Below, piece by piece: positions 49,017 through 60,138 of a stretch of 64,000 nt of DNA. Made by a program: the position numbers and the translations under genes. Within the stretch, counting starts at the first letter, position 1; the number at the start of each line of letters is the position of its first letter. The notes beneath the pieces are model-generated. The model was not told the origin of the DNA and made no database searches. It worked only from the letters and a program-made list of their open reading frames with translations. Source of the DNA: a virus; IMG/VR virus record IMGVR_UViG_2852885154_000004, one strand, 5' to 3'.

Positions 49017-49631
49017 TTAGTCGTATATTTCTAAATCATCCCACTTAATGCTTTCAGCATTGTTATAAGATAGGCTTTTGTTATCTAAATAATCCCAAGA
49101 TGTATAAGTATACTTAAATACATATCCTAAATGAGCTGGTTTAATATCCTCTAACATATTGATGAAAGCTTGCATATTACGCGGAATTCCTTTAACTCCT
49201 ATGAACTGTATTGTAAATGTATAAGGTGCTGTATTTTCAATCACATCAACTTCTCCACCAGAAAAAGCTTCAGCTACGTTTTTGATCATCTGCTTTGTTG
49301 TAGTGCCTTGACCTTTTTTCTTAGCTTTTACAATCTCTCTTCTTTGCTCATAGCTTAAGTCTAAGTTCGTCTCAATTCCATACCTTTCTTCCCAATAAAT
49401 AAGCCCCCATGTAGCTGTATCTATTCTTAGCTGTTTTTTTACATCATCAGCATAATATAAGAGACTCCCTATTTCTGTACCTTGTACATCATAGGAAGCC
49501 TTCATTTCTGGAATTTCAACAACAAATGGGGGTACATATTTTGTTAAATCAATCTTGTGCTTGTTTATATCTTCCGGTGTTGGTATATTCTCTGCATACT
49601 TTACTACGCCATATTGATTTGATCCATACAT
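49017..49631 (-). CDS. Baseplate wedge protein (DUF2313-like)
   Basis: ATWGLIYWE, IKPAHL. Confidence 0.85.
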   Translation of the reverse strand: MYGSNQYGVVKYAENIPTPEDINKHKIDLTKYVPPFVVEIPEMKASYDVQGTEIGSLLYYADDVKKQLRIDTATWGLIYWEERYGIETNLDLSYEQRREIVKAKKKGQGTTTKQMIKNVAEAFSGGEVDVIENTAPYTFTIQFIGVKGIPRNMQAFINMLEDIKPAHLGYVFKYTYTSWDYLDNKSLSYNNAESIKWDDLEIYD

Positions 49632-49632
49632 A

Positions 49633-51492
49633 CTACACCCCCTCTAAATCATTCCATGTCATACCTTTTTTTACATAGGTACTATTAATTTGTTTTCCAT
49701 CAGAATCCTGTGTTGCTTTAGTTGCAGACGCTATATTTGAATCTAGAAACGCTAATTGCCTTGTCCAATTTAATTTTCCAGCATTTCCTGCACCTATAAA
49801 TGCAAACGCACTGCTATAATTCATGTACAAATATCCATGAGTATCTCCTCTTCCAAAACCAATCCCCGAGCCAAACTGTGGTGAACTATCTACATTAGCA
49901 GTATCATTTCTAATACTTGCAAGAAAATCACCTGAATTTGTATCACCTTTTACTTGATTTCTAAAATTAGAAATAAAATTACCATCTATTGTTTTACCAC
50001 TAGGAATTGCATTAATTGTTATATCACTACTACCATCAAAATTAACACCATTTATTTTTCTTGCAGTAGACAATTTTTCTGCCCTATCTACTACTCCATT
50101 ATTATTAATATCATAAACAGATTTAAGCATATCACCATATCCAGCGGTAGATATTTCATCTTTAGTTGCAAATTTTGAATTTGCTTCTGATTCTGTATAA
50201 TATCTATCATCATGTGTATGAGGCTTAGGAGCTTGATTATTAATACCCGAGCTATCAAGTGTAGCTACTCCATTAGCAGCTCCCATTTCACTTCTTTTTA
50301 CTTGAGGGTCATTAGTTACATTACCCAATCCAACATCAGTTTTAGTTGTGCCATGTGGATTAGTTCCACTTGGATGTGTGTAAACTGTTTTTTCAGCGCC
50401 ATCTATCTTTATATTTCCATTAGTTGTACTTACTTCAACTTTGTTAGCATTACTGCTAATCCCATCAATTTTGCCTTTATAGTTATTATCAAAATCATTT
50501 GTAGATAAACTTTTTCCCGTTATTTTATCTACCTTATTACTCACGGTATTCCATAAGGTTCTCTCATCACTTGTAATATGCTTAATGGTGTCACTAATGT
50601 GGGTGTAAGCAGCATTCCAATATCCAATTAATGTGGCTGTTATTCCATCTATTACAGATTTATTTCCATGCTCATGCTTCTTATTATTTGTATCTGCTAA
50701 ATTTGCTTTTTCTGTATCTGTATAATCATTGGTGCTAAGTCCCTTTCCTGAAACTTTATCAACTTTACCAGCTAACATTGTAGTCATAGTCGTAGCAAAA
50801 TTAGGATCATTTCCAAGTGCATCTGCAATTTCTTTAAATGTATCTAAAACATTAGGCGCGTTATTTATTAATTCTGATATCTTTTGTAACACTTCATCCT
50901 TTGTATAAACTTTATCTTTTGTATATCTATTAGATAATTCTGCATCTATAGAGCTTTCTTTAGCTTTAGCTCTGTTTATCTCCGAATCTAGATTAGTTGT
51001 TAAGATGGATTCAGCACTCTTTGCTCTCGCTACCTCAGAATTTAAGTTATTTGTTAATGTATTTTCTGAACTTTTCGCCCTTGATATTTCTGTATTTAAA
51101 TTGTCAGTTAGTACTTTTTCAGCATTAGTAGCTCTATTAATTTCATTATTAAGATTTTCTTGAGTTCCAACGACTGCATCTTGAAGATTGTTTATATCTT
51201 CTGCCTCTATTTGATCTCCTGAAGTCTCATAACTTATATATAAAGGTGATATGCTACTAAATATCCTTATTATAGTTTTCCAAGGAGTCATACTTGGCGT
51301 TGAAGTTGAGTAAGAATCAATTTTATCTCCTGTCAACTTGCTTCCAGTATATACATTAAGGGTTGTGATATTTACATTATCATGTTCAAGTTCTTTTTCG
51401 TATACTCCACTTACAGGATAAACAGTTTCTTCTATAACATAAGTATGACCATCAACTTTATTAAGCTTTTCATTAAATTTACTTACATCCAA
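49633..51492 (-). CDS. Tail fibre-like protein with coiled-coil repeats
   Basis: APNVLDTFKEIADALGNDPNFATT, GKGLSTNDYT, ARKINGVNFDGSSDITI. Confidence 0.78.
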   Translation of the reverse strand: MDVSKFNEKLNKVDGHTYVIEETVYPVSGVYEKELEHDNVNITTLNVYTGSKLTGDKIDSYSTSTPSMTPWKTIIRIFSSISPLYISYETSGDQIEAEDINNLQDAVVGTQENLNNEINRATNAEKVLTDNLNTEISRAKSSENTLTNNLNSEVARAKSAESILTTNLDSEINRAKAKESSIDAELSNRYTKDKVYTKDEVLQKISELINNAPNVLDTFKEIADALGNDPNFATTMTTMLAGKVDKVSGKGLSTNDYTDTEKANLADTNNKKHEHGNKSVIDGITATLIGYWNAAYTHISDTIKHITSDERTLWNTVSNKVDKITGKSLSTNDFDNNYKGKIDGISSNANKVEVSTTNGNIKIDGAEKTVYTHPSGTNPHGTTKTDVGLGNVTNDPQVKRSEMGAANGVATLDSSGINNQAPKPHTHDDRYYTESEANSKFATKDEISTAGYGDMLKSVYDINNNGVVDRAEKLSTARKINGVNFDGSSDITINAIPSGKTIDGNFISNFRNQVKGDTNSGDFLASIRNDTANVDSSPQFGSGIGFGRGDTHGYLYMNYSSAFAFIGAGNAGKLNWTRQLAFLDSNIASATKATQDSDGKQINSTYVKKGMTWNDLEGV

Positions 51493-52596
51493 CTACATCA
51501 CCCCTAAATTTACAGTTCCAAGAACCGCAATTTCTTCATCTGTAAGACTTATATTAGATATTAATCCATTAATTTTTAAATCAGCATGATCTACTACACC
51601 AGTTACACTAAAAAGCAAATTTCCTGCCTTTGCTATGCTTACATAGTTATTAGCAGTGTTAGTAGAATCAAAAGGAATTTCTTTTAAATAATTATCAAGT
51701 GAATCGCCAAATTCTTTCTGAGCAGTACCTAAATTATATCCTTTTACTAATTGTACATTAGCTATCACATTAATAGCCTTTTCAACTGCACTTACGACAG
51801 TTAATGTGCCTGCCAAAATTGGTCTTACAGAATCTATATAATCATAAACTTTTTGAATAAGTTCGGCTGTAGCTGCATGTTTATTTACATCTGTAATTAT
51901 TACTTTTACATTACCAGGAGCAGGAATACATTTAGCAGCTCCAACTCCATCAACTTCTTTAGCCCACATCTCATAATGATATTTATTGCCGCTAGTTATT
52001 GGCTTTCTATCTTTTTCTAATATCCTTTGCCTATAGCTTTCATTTGCTTCTTTATCAACACCCTTTTGAATTATTTCTATATTTGAAGCACTAGAAATTC
52101 CGTTTAGAGATTTAGCCAATATTTTAACTTCTCCTATAGCTACATTTCCTATAGTGCCTGCTATTGTACATTTTGCATTCACAGTAGCTTCACCACTTGA
52201 ATCTATAGTAACTGTATCTAAAATACTAAACTCAATTGATGCATTTTCTTCTGTAGCTTCTGTGCAAACTATTCTACCTTTTTCTATCGGAGTCCCTTCC
52301 AATCCTATAAATAACATCTTTTGTATTGCATAATCAGCATCATTTCTTTTAACCCCTGATTCTTCACCACAATAATCCAAGTCATCATCATTAGCTGTTT
52401 GTGGAAACCTTGAATATAAAATTTTCTTAAGTGCTATATTTTTAGCTCTTGCTATTTCCTTAGCTGATGGACTTGTTGAATTCCAAAACATATCACCTTC
52501 AATAGTTGAAATATTCTCTGGCGCTTCAGCAATCATCCTAGCATGAATATCATCTGCACTTTCTATTATAAAATCTGGAAGAATTAAATCCCCCAT
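51493..52596 (-). CDS. Baseplate J-like protein
   Basis: AGTIGNV, GVDKE..ESYRQR, SGNKYHYEMWAKEVDGVG. Confidence 0.9.
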   Translation of the reverse strand: MGDLILPDFIIESADDIHARMIAEAPENISTIEGDMFWNSTSPSAKEIARAKNIALKKILYSRFPQTANDDDLDYCGEESGVKRNDADYAIQKMLFIGLEGTPIEKGRIVCTEATEENASIEFSILDTVTIDSSGEATVNAKCTIAGTIGNVAIGEVKILAKSLNGISSASNIEIIQKGVDKEANESYRQRILEKDRKPITSGNKYHYEMWAKEVDGVGAAKCIPAPGNVKVIITDVNKHAATAELIQKVYDYIDSVRPILAGTLTVVSAVEKAINVIANVQLVKGYNLGTAQKEFGDSLDNYLKEIPFDSTNTANNYVSIAKAGNLLFSVTGVVDHADLKINGLISNISLTDEEIAVLGTVNLGVM

Positions 52597-52600
52597 TTAA

Positions 52601-53041
52601 TCACCCCACTTTTTCTGAATTTGAAAGAACTTTACTTTGCCCACTTGTAGCTGTGACTTCGTAGGTATAATAAACTTCACCATTTTCCCATATAAATACA
52701 AAATTATCTATACTTGCAGTCATTGGATGAACCATTAGTGTCTCTGTAGTAACTCTTTTAATTTCTAATTCCATGGCTTTTTGATCTATCATTTTACCTA
52801 TAATGTCTCTACCGAACTTACTTGTGTAAGCTCTATACCTATATCTAGCAGTCATCATAGCTAACTGACACCATTGAATATAAGTTTCATAGGCATCAAG
52901 TATCTTTATTGTCCCATCAGGATTTTTAATAAATTCCATAGTATCAAAATTAATCGCATATGATCCTTTGAATCCAGTAGTCAATGAAGCATTACCTAAG
53001 TTAGTTGACTCTAAACTTCCACTTGGAAACAAATCAGCCAT
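52601..53041 (-). CDS. XkdS/DUF2634 baseplate protein
   Basis: TARYRY.AY...FG, ETLMVHP. Confidence 0.8.
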   Translation of the reverse strand: MADLFPSGSLESTNLGNASLTTGFKGSYAINFDTMEFIKNPDGTIKILDAYETYIQWCQLAMMTARYRYRAYTSKFGRDIIGKMIDQKAMELEIKRVTTETLMVHPMTASIDNFVFIWENGEVYYTYEVTATSGQSKVLSNSEKVG

Positions 53042-53381
53042 TTGAAACCACCCTTCCTATAACCACATTATCAGCTCCAAACTGAGCAACTAAAACTTTA
53101 TCTCCTATATTTAATCTTCTAAGATTACTAGGTGTTTTAATTTCATGAGAATGACTTGGATCACCTGCTGATTCTGTGGAATAGTTATCTTCCGATTTTA
53201 AATAATCTAAGACCATGTAATCCGTAAATTCATGTTTAAAATTGTCTAGCTTAAGGCCAGTTTCCGTTATACTTCCTAAAGTGAGTCCAGTTCCTTCTAT
53301 AACTCCTTTAATTGCTCCATGTGTGTTACTATCCATTATTCTTTTAATTTCATTAAATACATCTCCATCATTGTTACTCAC
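53034..53381 (-). CDS. XkdR/DUF2577-like spike protein
   Basis: HSHEI; LNIGDKVLV...VVIGRV. Confidence 0.7.
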   Translation of the reverse strand: MSNNDGDVFNEIKRIMDSNTHGAIKGVIEGTGLTLGSITETGLKLDNFKHEFTDYMVLDYLKSEDNYSTESAGDPSHSHEIKTPSNLRRLNIGDKVLVAQFGADNVVIGRVVSNG

Positions 53382-54390
53382 TATAGAATTTCCTCCTTAC
53401 ATCATCAATTTTCATAACAGTCAAAGTCATTTTTCCTCCTGAACCTAAATTATGAGTTATATCAGTTATAATAACTTCTTCATCATAAATGCTGACTTTA
53501 TCTCCACTTCTTAAAATATTTATATCTTTACAGCAAGTAACTGTTTTGCTTGATTCACCAGACGAAAAAAGACAATCAGCTTTAGCTTGTGCTTTAGCAT
53601 AATCGTCTACTTTATCATCATCTACTATTTTTTGTAATGTTCCATAAGTTTCGGTATCTTTTTTAAATACTCCTATAATCGGAGACAATACAAGCTCCTT
53701 CTCATCTGAACTACTAGAACTATCAGACTTACTTTTTCTACCTTTTTTCTTTGTATCTTCTTTTCCAAGCACTTTAACTTGAGTTACCGCACCATCTAAG
53801 CTGTCTTTTTCTTCTAACTCTTCAATGATATTATCTAATTTATAAATAGTTTCATTTGATCCAAGCTTAATTATATCTAAGCTAGTATTCATTCTTAGTT
53901 TATAAAGATCTCCACCTTTTTGAGCAGTCTCTTTCAAGTCTTTCTTTATCATTCCATACAAAGACTCTTTTCTTTTATCTTTAGCTAATCCAGTTCCAGT
54001 TTCTATAAGATTACCTATAGGTATTCCCCAATCATCACAAATTATCTTAGTCCTTTGTGACGCTGTCTGTCCATCACTCCACAAGTATTCATCCTCAGAC
54101 TCTTCAATAACAACTGTTCTCTCTTTGCCTGTTATTGTGATTTTCTTAGATTTTTTATTTTTATTTATCTCCCAAATGATTCCGTTAAAAACTTGAGTAT
54201 AAGATCCACTATCAAATTCATTATCAAAGAGCTCTATGGAATCACCTTTATTAATACCTATACTTTCTAATTCTTGAGTCTCTATGAGAGATATATTTAA
54301 TGTATAAGCTATTCCATCTATAGCTTCTTTAAGTGTTACAGACTCACTTAATATTTGTATTTTATATTTATTTTTTAAAACAAGTTCCAT
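53374..54390 (-). CDS. XkdQ-like baseplate hub
   Basis: Gene order; YGTLQK motif. Confidence 0.78.
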   Translation of the reverse strand: MELVLKNKYKIQILSESVTLKEAIDGIAYTLNISLIETQELESIGINKGDSIELFDNEFDSGSYTQVFNGIIWEINKNKKSKKITITGKERTVVIEESEDEYLWSDGQTASQRTKIICDDWGIPIGNLIETGTGLAKDKRKESLYGMIKKDLKETAQKGGDLYKLRMNTSLDIIKLGSNETIYKLDNIIEELEEKDSLDGAVTQVKVLGKEDTKKKGRKSKSDSSSSSDEKELVLSPIIGVFKKDTETYGTLQKIVDDDKVDDYAKAQAKADCLFSSGESSKTVTCCKDINILRSGDKVSIYDEEVIITDITHNLGSGGKMTLTVMKIDDVRRKFYSE

Positions 54391-54394
54391 ATAA

Positions 54395-55081
54395 TCACAC
54401 CTTTGTTACATAGTCTAAACATACAAAACCTCCATGATTTCCCCAGTATGTATCAGCCCAATTGCCATACTGTCTGAATATTATTAGTTGTTCCCCATTA
54501 TAAGCAACTCCAATAATATTATTATCAGTTCCTGGTCCATCTCTTACATTCAATGCACTTGCAGTTACTTTAACCACATCGCCATCTACATATTGACTTG
54601 AACTATTATCTGCCCTATTATCCTGAAGCCCACCTGAATAAGAACTCGAAGAATTGTTTACTGTTTCAATTTTCAATTCCCTATAAGTCCTGAAAGTAAT
54701 ACTAAAGTAAATAGCATCTACCTCTCCACCTCGTACTTCTGTTTCAAACTTACTTATATTAACTAATTCATTTATATTTAAATCTGTTATTATAAGCCTA
54801 ACTGGTACATCTGCATCTATCCAAAACTGAATTGTATTAACATAATCAATAGGCAGCATATTCGGAACATATCTACAATAGGAATCATATTCTTTTGGGA
54901 ATAATGAATTAAAACTTACTTCTCTTATTTTGCTTCCCTTTTGAGAAATATCAACTTCTCCAAAATCTATAATATCTGCAGTTATATATTTTTTCTCTTT
55001 AGGATTAGATAACTTATCTAGTGGATTAACAGGAAACTGCAAAGTATAATTTTTTGATTCATCCTTTAAATATACATCCAA
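54395..55081 (-). CDS. XkdP-like tail initiator with C-terminal SH3b domain
   Basis: FPVNP, FNSLFP; ALNVRDGPGT...GFVCLDYV. Confidence 0.78.
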   Translation of the reverse strand: MDVYLKDESKNYTLQFPVNPLDKLSNPKEKKYITADIIDFGEVDISQKGSKIREVSFNSLFPKEYDSYCRYVPNMLPIDYVNTIQFWIDADVPVRLIITDLNINELVNISKFETEVRGGEVDAIYFSITFRTYRELKIETVNNSSSSYSGGLQDNRADNSSSQYVDGDVVKVTASALNVRDGPGTDNNIIGVAYNGEQLIIFRQYGNWADTYWGNHGGFVCLDYVTKV

Positions 55082-55177
55082 TTAACCAGCTCCTCTACCT
55101 TGTGTATAGTCCTTTCCATTATTTTAAGCATAAGAAAAAGCACCTAGTTTTCCTAAATGCTTTCTTTATCTTTAAAT

Positions 55178-55996
55178 TTAATTTTTTAGGCTTGGCAATA
55201 TCCATACATTACTAGCCTTATCCACTATTTGATTACCAAGTATAGTCTGTTTTTTCACTAATTTTATTAGTTCTTTATTTAATGTAAAAGAAATTACTTT
55301 GCCTTCTGATCCATCTTCCATATCAGCTACAGCCCAGTATTGTATTTCATCAAATTGGCTCGCACCTTGATTTACTATTAAGTCCCCAACATTAAATCCA
55401 TTCTGGTCAATTGTAGTTTTATTGCTAACGCTAGGTTTTATCTTAGCTTTAATTATTAATACATTATTGTTCACAGTGGCATCTACTAATGTTCCAAACT
55501 CAAGAGTATAGTTTAACGAAGTGTTATCATTATTAGTGTCTGTTGAAACGCTCGATTCCTTTTCTTTCAATAATTCTATATTCGATTCAGTCGCTAATAA
55601 TAATACATTATCAGGATATTTATTTAAAGAATTAGGTTCAACTTCAGCCTTTGATATTTTTATTTCATCGCCGGTTTTTATAGATTCTCCTAGTTTAGAT
55701 TTAATATTATCATTACTATCTATTATTTTAACAAAATACCCTTTACCAAGATTATTATTTTCTTCAACATACATAGTTAATTTATCAGCATACATATCAT
55801 TATCGTATCTGTAATTTGAAGTTATAAATTTAACGTTACAATCTTTTACATAAGTATATTTTGAATTCCATTTCCCATTTTGCATTTCATAATTATTTGC
55901 CTCTTCAGTTTTATCTAATAATTTAGGTGCACCACAACTTATTAGAAAACATGTTATAAGTACAATACTAAATATACCCAATATTTTTTTTATCAT
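55178..55996 (-). CDS. Lipoprotein moron inside tail operon
   Basis: Lipobox LISC; own downstream terminator. Confidence 0.72.
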   Translation of the reverse strand: MIKKILGIFSIVLITCFLISCGAPKLLDKTEEANNYEMQNGKWNSKYTYVKDCNVKFITSNYRYDNDMYADKLTMYVEENNNLGKGYFVKIIDSNDNIKSKLGESIKTGDEIKISKAEVEPNSLNKYPDNVLLLATESNIELLKEKESSVSTDTNNDNTSLNYTLEFGTLVDATVNNNVLIIKAKIKPSVSNKTTIDQNGFNVGDLIVNQGASQFDEIQYWAVADMEDGSEGKVISFTLNKELIKLVKKQTILGNQIVDKASNVWILPSLKN

Positions 55997-56024
55997 TATT
56001 GCTCCCCCTTGTACCATATTATAA

Positions 56025-56360
56025 CATCCATGCTTGATTATTCAATACTTCCATAAACTTCTTAGCGAATTCTTGAGTTGCCTGTTTGACAATAGCTGCT
56101 TTATCTGGCATATTATTTATGTTTATTCCTCCCATATTAAAACTAAATCTATTACTACTACCTGCAACTGCTAGTTGGGGTTGATATACCTTCACTTTTT
56201 ATTGTGATATTTGGTTTGCAACTTCTCTTCTTGCATCTGCCTTCATTTCTGACACAGAATTCATATGATTTTTAATCTTAGTTCTTTTTTCTAAGTTAAC
56301 TACTGGATTATCATTGTACTGTACGATTATAGGTATTGTTCTATCAGATAATTCCTATTG
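56025..56360 (-). pseudogene. Degenerate alternative tape-measure C-terminus
   Basis: KVYQPQLAVAG.../FNMGGININ...IVKQATQEFAKKFMEVLNN resembles the TMP end; contains a stop and a frameshift. Confidence 0.5.
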
Positions 56361-56416
56361 TCTTTCATTTACTGTAGATACTCCCTCCCTTATGCCAAAG
56401 TATACCATGAATTCAT

Positions 56417-59400
56417 TTACTTTTTAATGTTTATCAAAGCTTCTTTAAGTTTTCTCCCCACTTCATATGTTACTTCTACAATTAATTTTTCAACATCTTG
56501 ATTTCCACTATTAACTTGTACATCAACTTGAATAGAATTTCCATTTCCGCCGACAACTTGTACTTGTTGTGGTTGAGCTAACTTATATTGTCCTTGCTTA
56601 ACTTGAAATGGTTCATTATCTTGTTTATTTCTGGCTTTTAATAAATTGACAGTTTGACTATTATTTAAGACTTTTTCTCCACCTTTGAAATTATAGAGCC
56701 TTCTTCCTAATACTAGTTCCATTCCACGTTCTCCAACCGAATTTATTCCGGATTCTGCATTATCTGTACCATTATAATGTTGTGGTATATTCTTTATAAC
56801 TTCTGATGCTGCATTTACTGCACCATTTCCTAATACTTGACCAAGACTAGTTGCTACACCTGAAAATACGGTATTTATAGTTACTGTTGCAGCCTTACCA
56901 TCAACACTATTAACTTCTTCTTTTACCTTTTGCATATCTGATATAGTATTACTAGCATTGCTATTAATATGAACATCTGCATCAGGAGGAATATCATCTA
57001 TTGATCCTTTATATTGTTGCATAGTTGTTATTTGCCCTGAGGCATTGGAAGTTATCTGCATGTGTGTTCCATTTATATCTATTATTCCTGTAATTGCTCC
57101 ATCTGTAGCGCCTTGAACACCTTTTAATTGGCCAATCACATCTCCCGTTGAGCTAATTACTTGATTATTAGAATCTAATGTACTACCAGTAAGTGTGCTT
57201 AACGAATTTTGTATTCTTACTCTCTCTGACTCATGTGTTTCCCCAAGCTCTTTTACTTTTTGCTTCAGCTCATCAGTATATCCACCAGACCATCCAGCAG
57301 TTTTACTCCATGCTCCATTGATTTCTCCAGTATCTTTATCAACTGTAGCATAAATATCTTCCATTTCCCCACTTGTAGTATTCTTAATCCTATACCAACC
57401 TTCTTGAGTAACTTGGTCCAAGTTTTGGAAATGGCTTTTTAAGTAATCTGTACCCTTATGTGCGACTATATCTTCATCACTAAACTTAGCTCCAGTTTTT
57501 TCATTAAACATTCCTTGTGCCTGTGGATATGCTTTATACAATGTTTCAAGATCTGATTTCCAATCAAGTTGTGCTTTCTTTAGTGCTTCGTCTCTTGCTT
57601 TGCCTGCCTCATCTTTGCCTTTTTGAAAATCTTCTCTTTGCTGATCTGATAAATCTGTATTTGATAACAACGAATCATAATAAGCTAATGTACCTTGATA
57701 ATTATTTTCTATTTTATCTAAGGAATCTTGGTGGTCTTTCGCTCTATTCTGCAATAATTCACTCGCACCATCTATGCCAGTTACCCTGCTTGCATCATTT
57801 GTAAATTGATTCTTCGAATATTCCGCATCATAAGCATTTTGTGCTTTAGTGTATTCTAACTCAAGAGCTTTCGCTTTAGCTAATCTGTCTTGTATTTCTT
57901 TAAGATCTTCATCCAAAAGCGTTCCATGTTCTTTTATTTTATCACTTGCAAATTGATAAATGCCATCTCTTATATCAAGTTCTTTATTTATACCTGTCTC
58001 AAAATAAGTATTTAAAGAATCCATCACTTTTTGTTCAGTATCACTTGTAACTCCATCTATACTGAAAGTTTTCTGGAATTCACCCTGAATTTTAGATTTC
58101 TGATCTTTCATTGCATTAATACTTTCATATGCATAATCATTTACATAGTTCTTTAACTTATTAAGGCTAGATTCATCCATATTCCCGCTATTAGTTAACC
58201 TATTTATATCCATTTCAATTCCTAATAAACTCTTTGATGCATCTTGAGCACCTTTTTTAAAACTATCTGAAATGCCTTCTCCAAAATCATCATAAATAAG
58301 ACCTGCTTCAACCATCTCTTTCTTTGACTTGTTTATATGGCCGTTTAATGCATTCATTACTTTTTCCATAGGCCCTAATTCTTCTGTAGTGGTTGTAACA
58401 CTCTTCTTCATAAGATTGCTTTGCGCAACTGTTGCTGTCCCAATAAGTGCAACCGATGCAGCTATTGCAAGACCTGCTGGAGTAAATATTGCAGGTAATA
58501 ACTTGCCTACTACACCTAATTTTGAAATTTCTCCTGCTGCTTCAGCTATTTCTGTAGATATCTTAGCGCCTTTAAATATTCCTACTAAACTACTAATTCC
58601 TGAAATTGTATTACCTATTTTCCCAGCTACGCTCAAAGCTGTAAATGCAGCACCTAACCCTATTACTATTTCTGCTAGTGATTTAATTTCTTCAGTATGT
58701 TTACTTACATAATCGACCATTTCAACAATCTTATCTGTAATTGTTGGCATTTTACCAGTTAACCATGTTACAAATTGCTTTGCATATGGTGCTAATTTCT
58801 CACCTAAAGTAATTTGCATATGTTCAACCGCTGCTTTAAGCTTAATCCATTGTCCTTGCAAATTATCAAGTTTTGTATCGGACATTTTCTGTGCAGCTCC
58901 ATTGGCATCTTTAAGCTGCCTACTTAATTCACTAACGCTCTTACCTCCTTGATTCATTAATGCAAGTACTCCAGACATAGATTCTGTACCAAATATTGTA
59001 CTTATTACATCTGCTCTCTTTTGACTTGTTAGCTTTCCTAATGAACCATTTAAGTTATCTACAACATCGCTTAAAGGTTTCATATTACCATGTGCATCAA
59101 AAGCATTAATTCCATACATTGACATCATATCTGCTGCATCTTTAGTCGGACTTGCAAGCCTAGCCATTGTTTGCCTTAAAACAGTTCCAGCTTGGCTTCC
59201 CTTAATGTTTGCGTTACTCAATAAACCTGCAGCTGCAGCAGTATCCTCAAGGCTTATTCCTAACGCCTGTGAAACTGGAGCTACATATTTCATCGTCTCA
59301 CCAAGATCTGATACATCCGAGTTTGTAGCACTGGCTGATAAAGCTAATACATCTGCTACATGACCTGATTGACTAGCATTTATATTAAAAGCTCTCAACG

Positions 59401-60133
59401 TTCCTGATGCTATATCTGTAGCTGATGCTAAATCAAGATCTCCTGCACTTGCAAGATTTAATAAACCTGGCAATGCACTTATTGTTTCATTAACACTAAA
59501 TCCCGCTTGTCCCAATAATTCTTCAGCTTGTGTAACATGTCTAGCACTCCATGCAGTTGTAGAACCAAACTTCTTAGCTGCAGCATCTAACTGCTCCATC
59601 TGTGAATTAGTTGCATTGGTTACCGCCTTAACATTCGATAATCCTTTTTCATATTCTGAGTAAGTTTTTATCGATGTGCCAAGACCTATTCCCCCTGCTG
59701 CTATTACACCTGCAGTTCCAATAGATATTACCTTTTTAGCTCCTGTCTTAATCCATCCGTTAATTTTATTCTCAATTCCAGTTATAACTTTACTGGCTTC
59801 ATCTTTAGCTTTAACTACTACATTTACCTGCTTTATCTTTTTTGTTTTGCTTTGTATTTTATCTACTGTTGATGAAGCTTCATCCTTGATTTTTGCTGTT
59901 AAAGTCATACTAGTGCTTTTTAATTTGTTAACCTTCGATTCTAACTTTTCTATTTTACTTGATGCCTCGTCTTTAAGCTTTGCAGTAGCATTAGCAGTTA
60001 TTTTACTTAACGCCTTTGCTTTCTTCTCTATTTGTTGAGTCATTTTTTCAACTGCAGTAAGTTTACTTTTTGATTCCGAATCTCCTGAAACTCCGACTTT
60101 TATATCAAGCCTGTATACTTCTTTATTAGCCAG
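56417..60133 (-). CDS. Tape measure protein (TP901-type core)
   Basis: LGETMKYVAPV, GIKGS-like motif, VGERGMELV; start probably CTG at 60133. Confidence 0.92.
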   Translation of the reverse strand: MANKEVYRLDIKVGVSGDSESKSKLTAVEKMTQQIEKKAKALSKITANATAKLKDEASSKIEKLESKVNKLKSTSMTLTAKIKDEASSTVDKIQSKTKKIKQVNVVVKAKDEASKVITGIENKINGWIKTGAKKVISIGTAGVIAAGGIGLGTSIKTYSEYEKGLSNVKAVTNATNSQMEQLDAAAKKFGSTTAWSARHVTQAEELLGQAGFSVNETISALPGLLNLASAGDLDLASATDIASGTLRAFNINASQSGHVADVLALSASATNSDVSDLGETMKYVAPVSQALGISLEDTAAAAGLLSNANIKGSQAGTVLRQTMARLASPTKDAADMMSMYGINAFDAHGNMKPLSDVVDNLNGSLGKLTSQKRADVISTIFGTESMSGVLALMNQGGKSVSELSRQLKDANGAAQKMSDTKLDNLQGQWIKLKAAVEHMQITLGEKLAPYAKQFVTWLTGKMPTITDKIVEMVDYVSKHTEEIKSLAEIVIGLGAAFTALSVAGKIGNTISGISSLVGIFKGAKISTEIAEAAGEISKLGVVGKLLPAIFTPAGLAIAASVALIGTATVAQSNLMKKSVTTTTEELGPMEKVMNALNGHINKSKKEMVEAGLIYDDFGEGISDSFKKGAQDASKSLLGIEMDINRLTNSGNMDESSLNKLKNYVNDYAYESINAMKDQKSKIQGEFQKTFSIDGVTSDTEQKVMDSLNTYFETGINKELDIRDGIYQFASDKIKEHGTLLDEDLKEIQDRLAKAKALELEYTKAQNAYDAEYSKNQFTNDASRVTGIDGASELLQNRAKDHQDSLDKIENNYQGTLAYYDSLLSNTDLSDQQREDFQKGKDEAGKARDEALKKAQLDWKSDLETLYKAYPQAQGMFNEKTGAKFSDEDIVAHKGTDYLKSHFQNLDQVTQEGWYRIKNTTSGEMEDIYATVDKDTGEINGAWSKTAGWSGGYTDELKQKVKELGETHESERVRIQNSLSTLTGSTLDSNNQVISSTGDVIGQLKGVQGATDGAITGIIDINGTHMQITSNASGQITTMQQYKGSIDDIPPDADVHINSNASNTISDMQKVKEEVNSVDGKAATVTINTVFSGVATSLGQVLGNGAVNAASEVIKNIPQHYNGTDNAESGINSVGERGMELVLGRRLYNFKGGEKVLNNSQTVNLLKARNKQDNEPFQVKQGQYKLAQPQQVQVVGGNGNSIQVDVQVNSGNQDVEKLIVEVTYEVGRKLKEALINIKK

Positions 60134-60138
60134 AATTA

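Noticed and set aside
47858..51492. Diversity-generating retroelement or invertible tail-fibre cassette
   Set aside because: No template/variable repeat pair, invertase or inverted fibre fragments seen; the only RT trace belongs to the group II intron.
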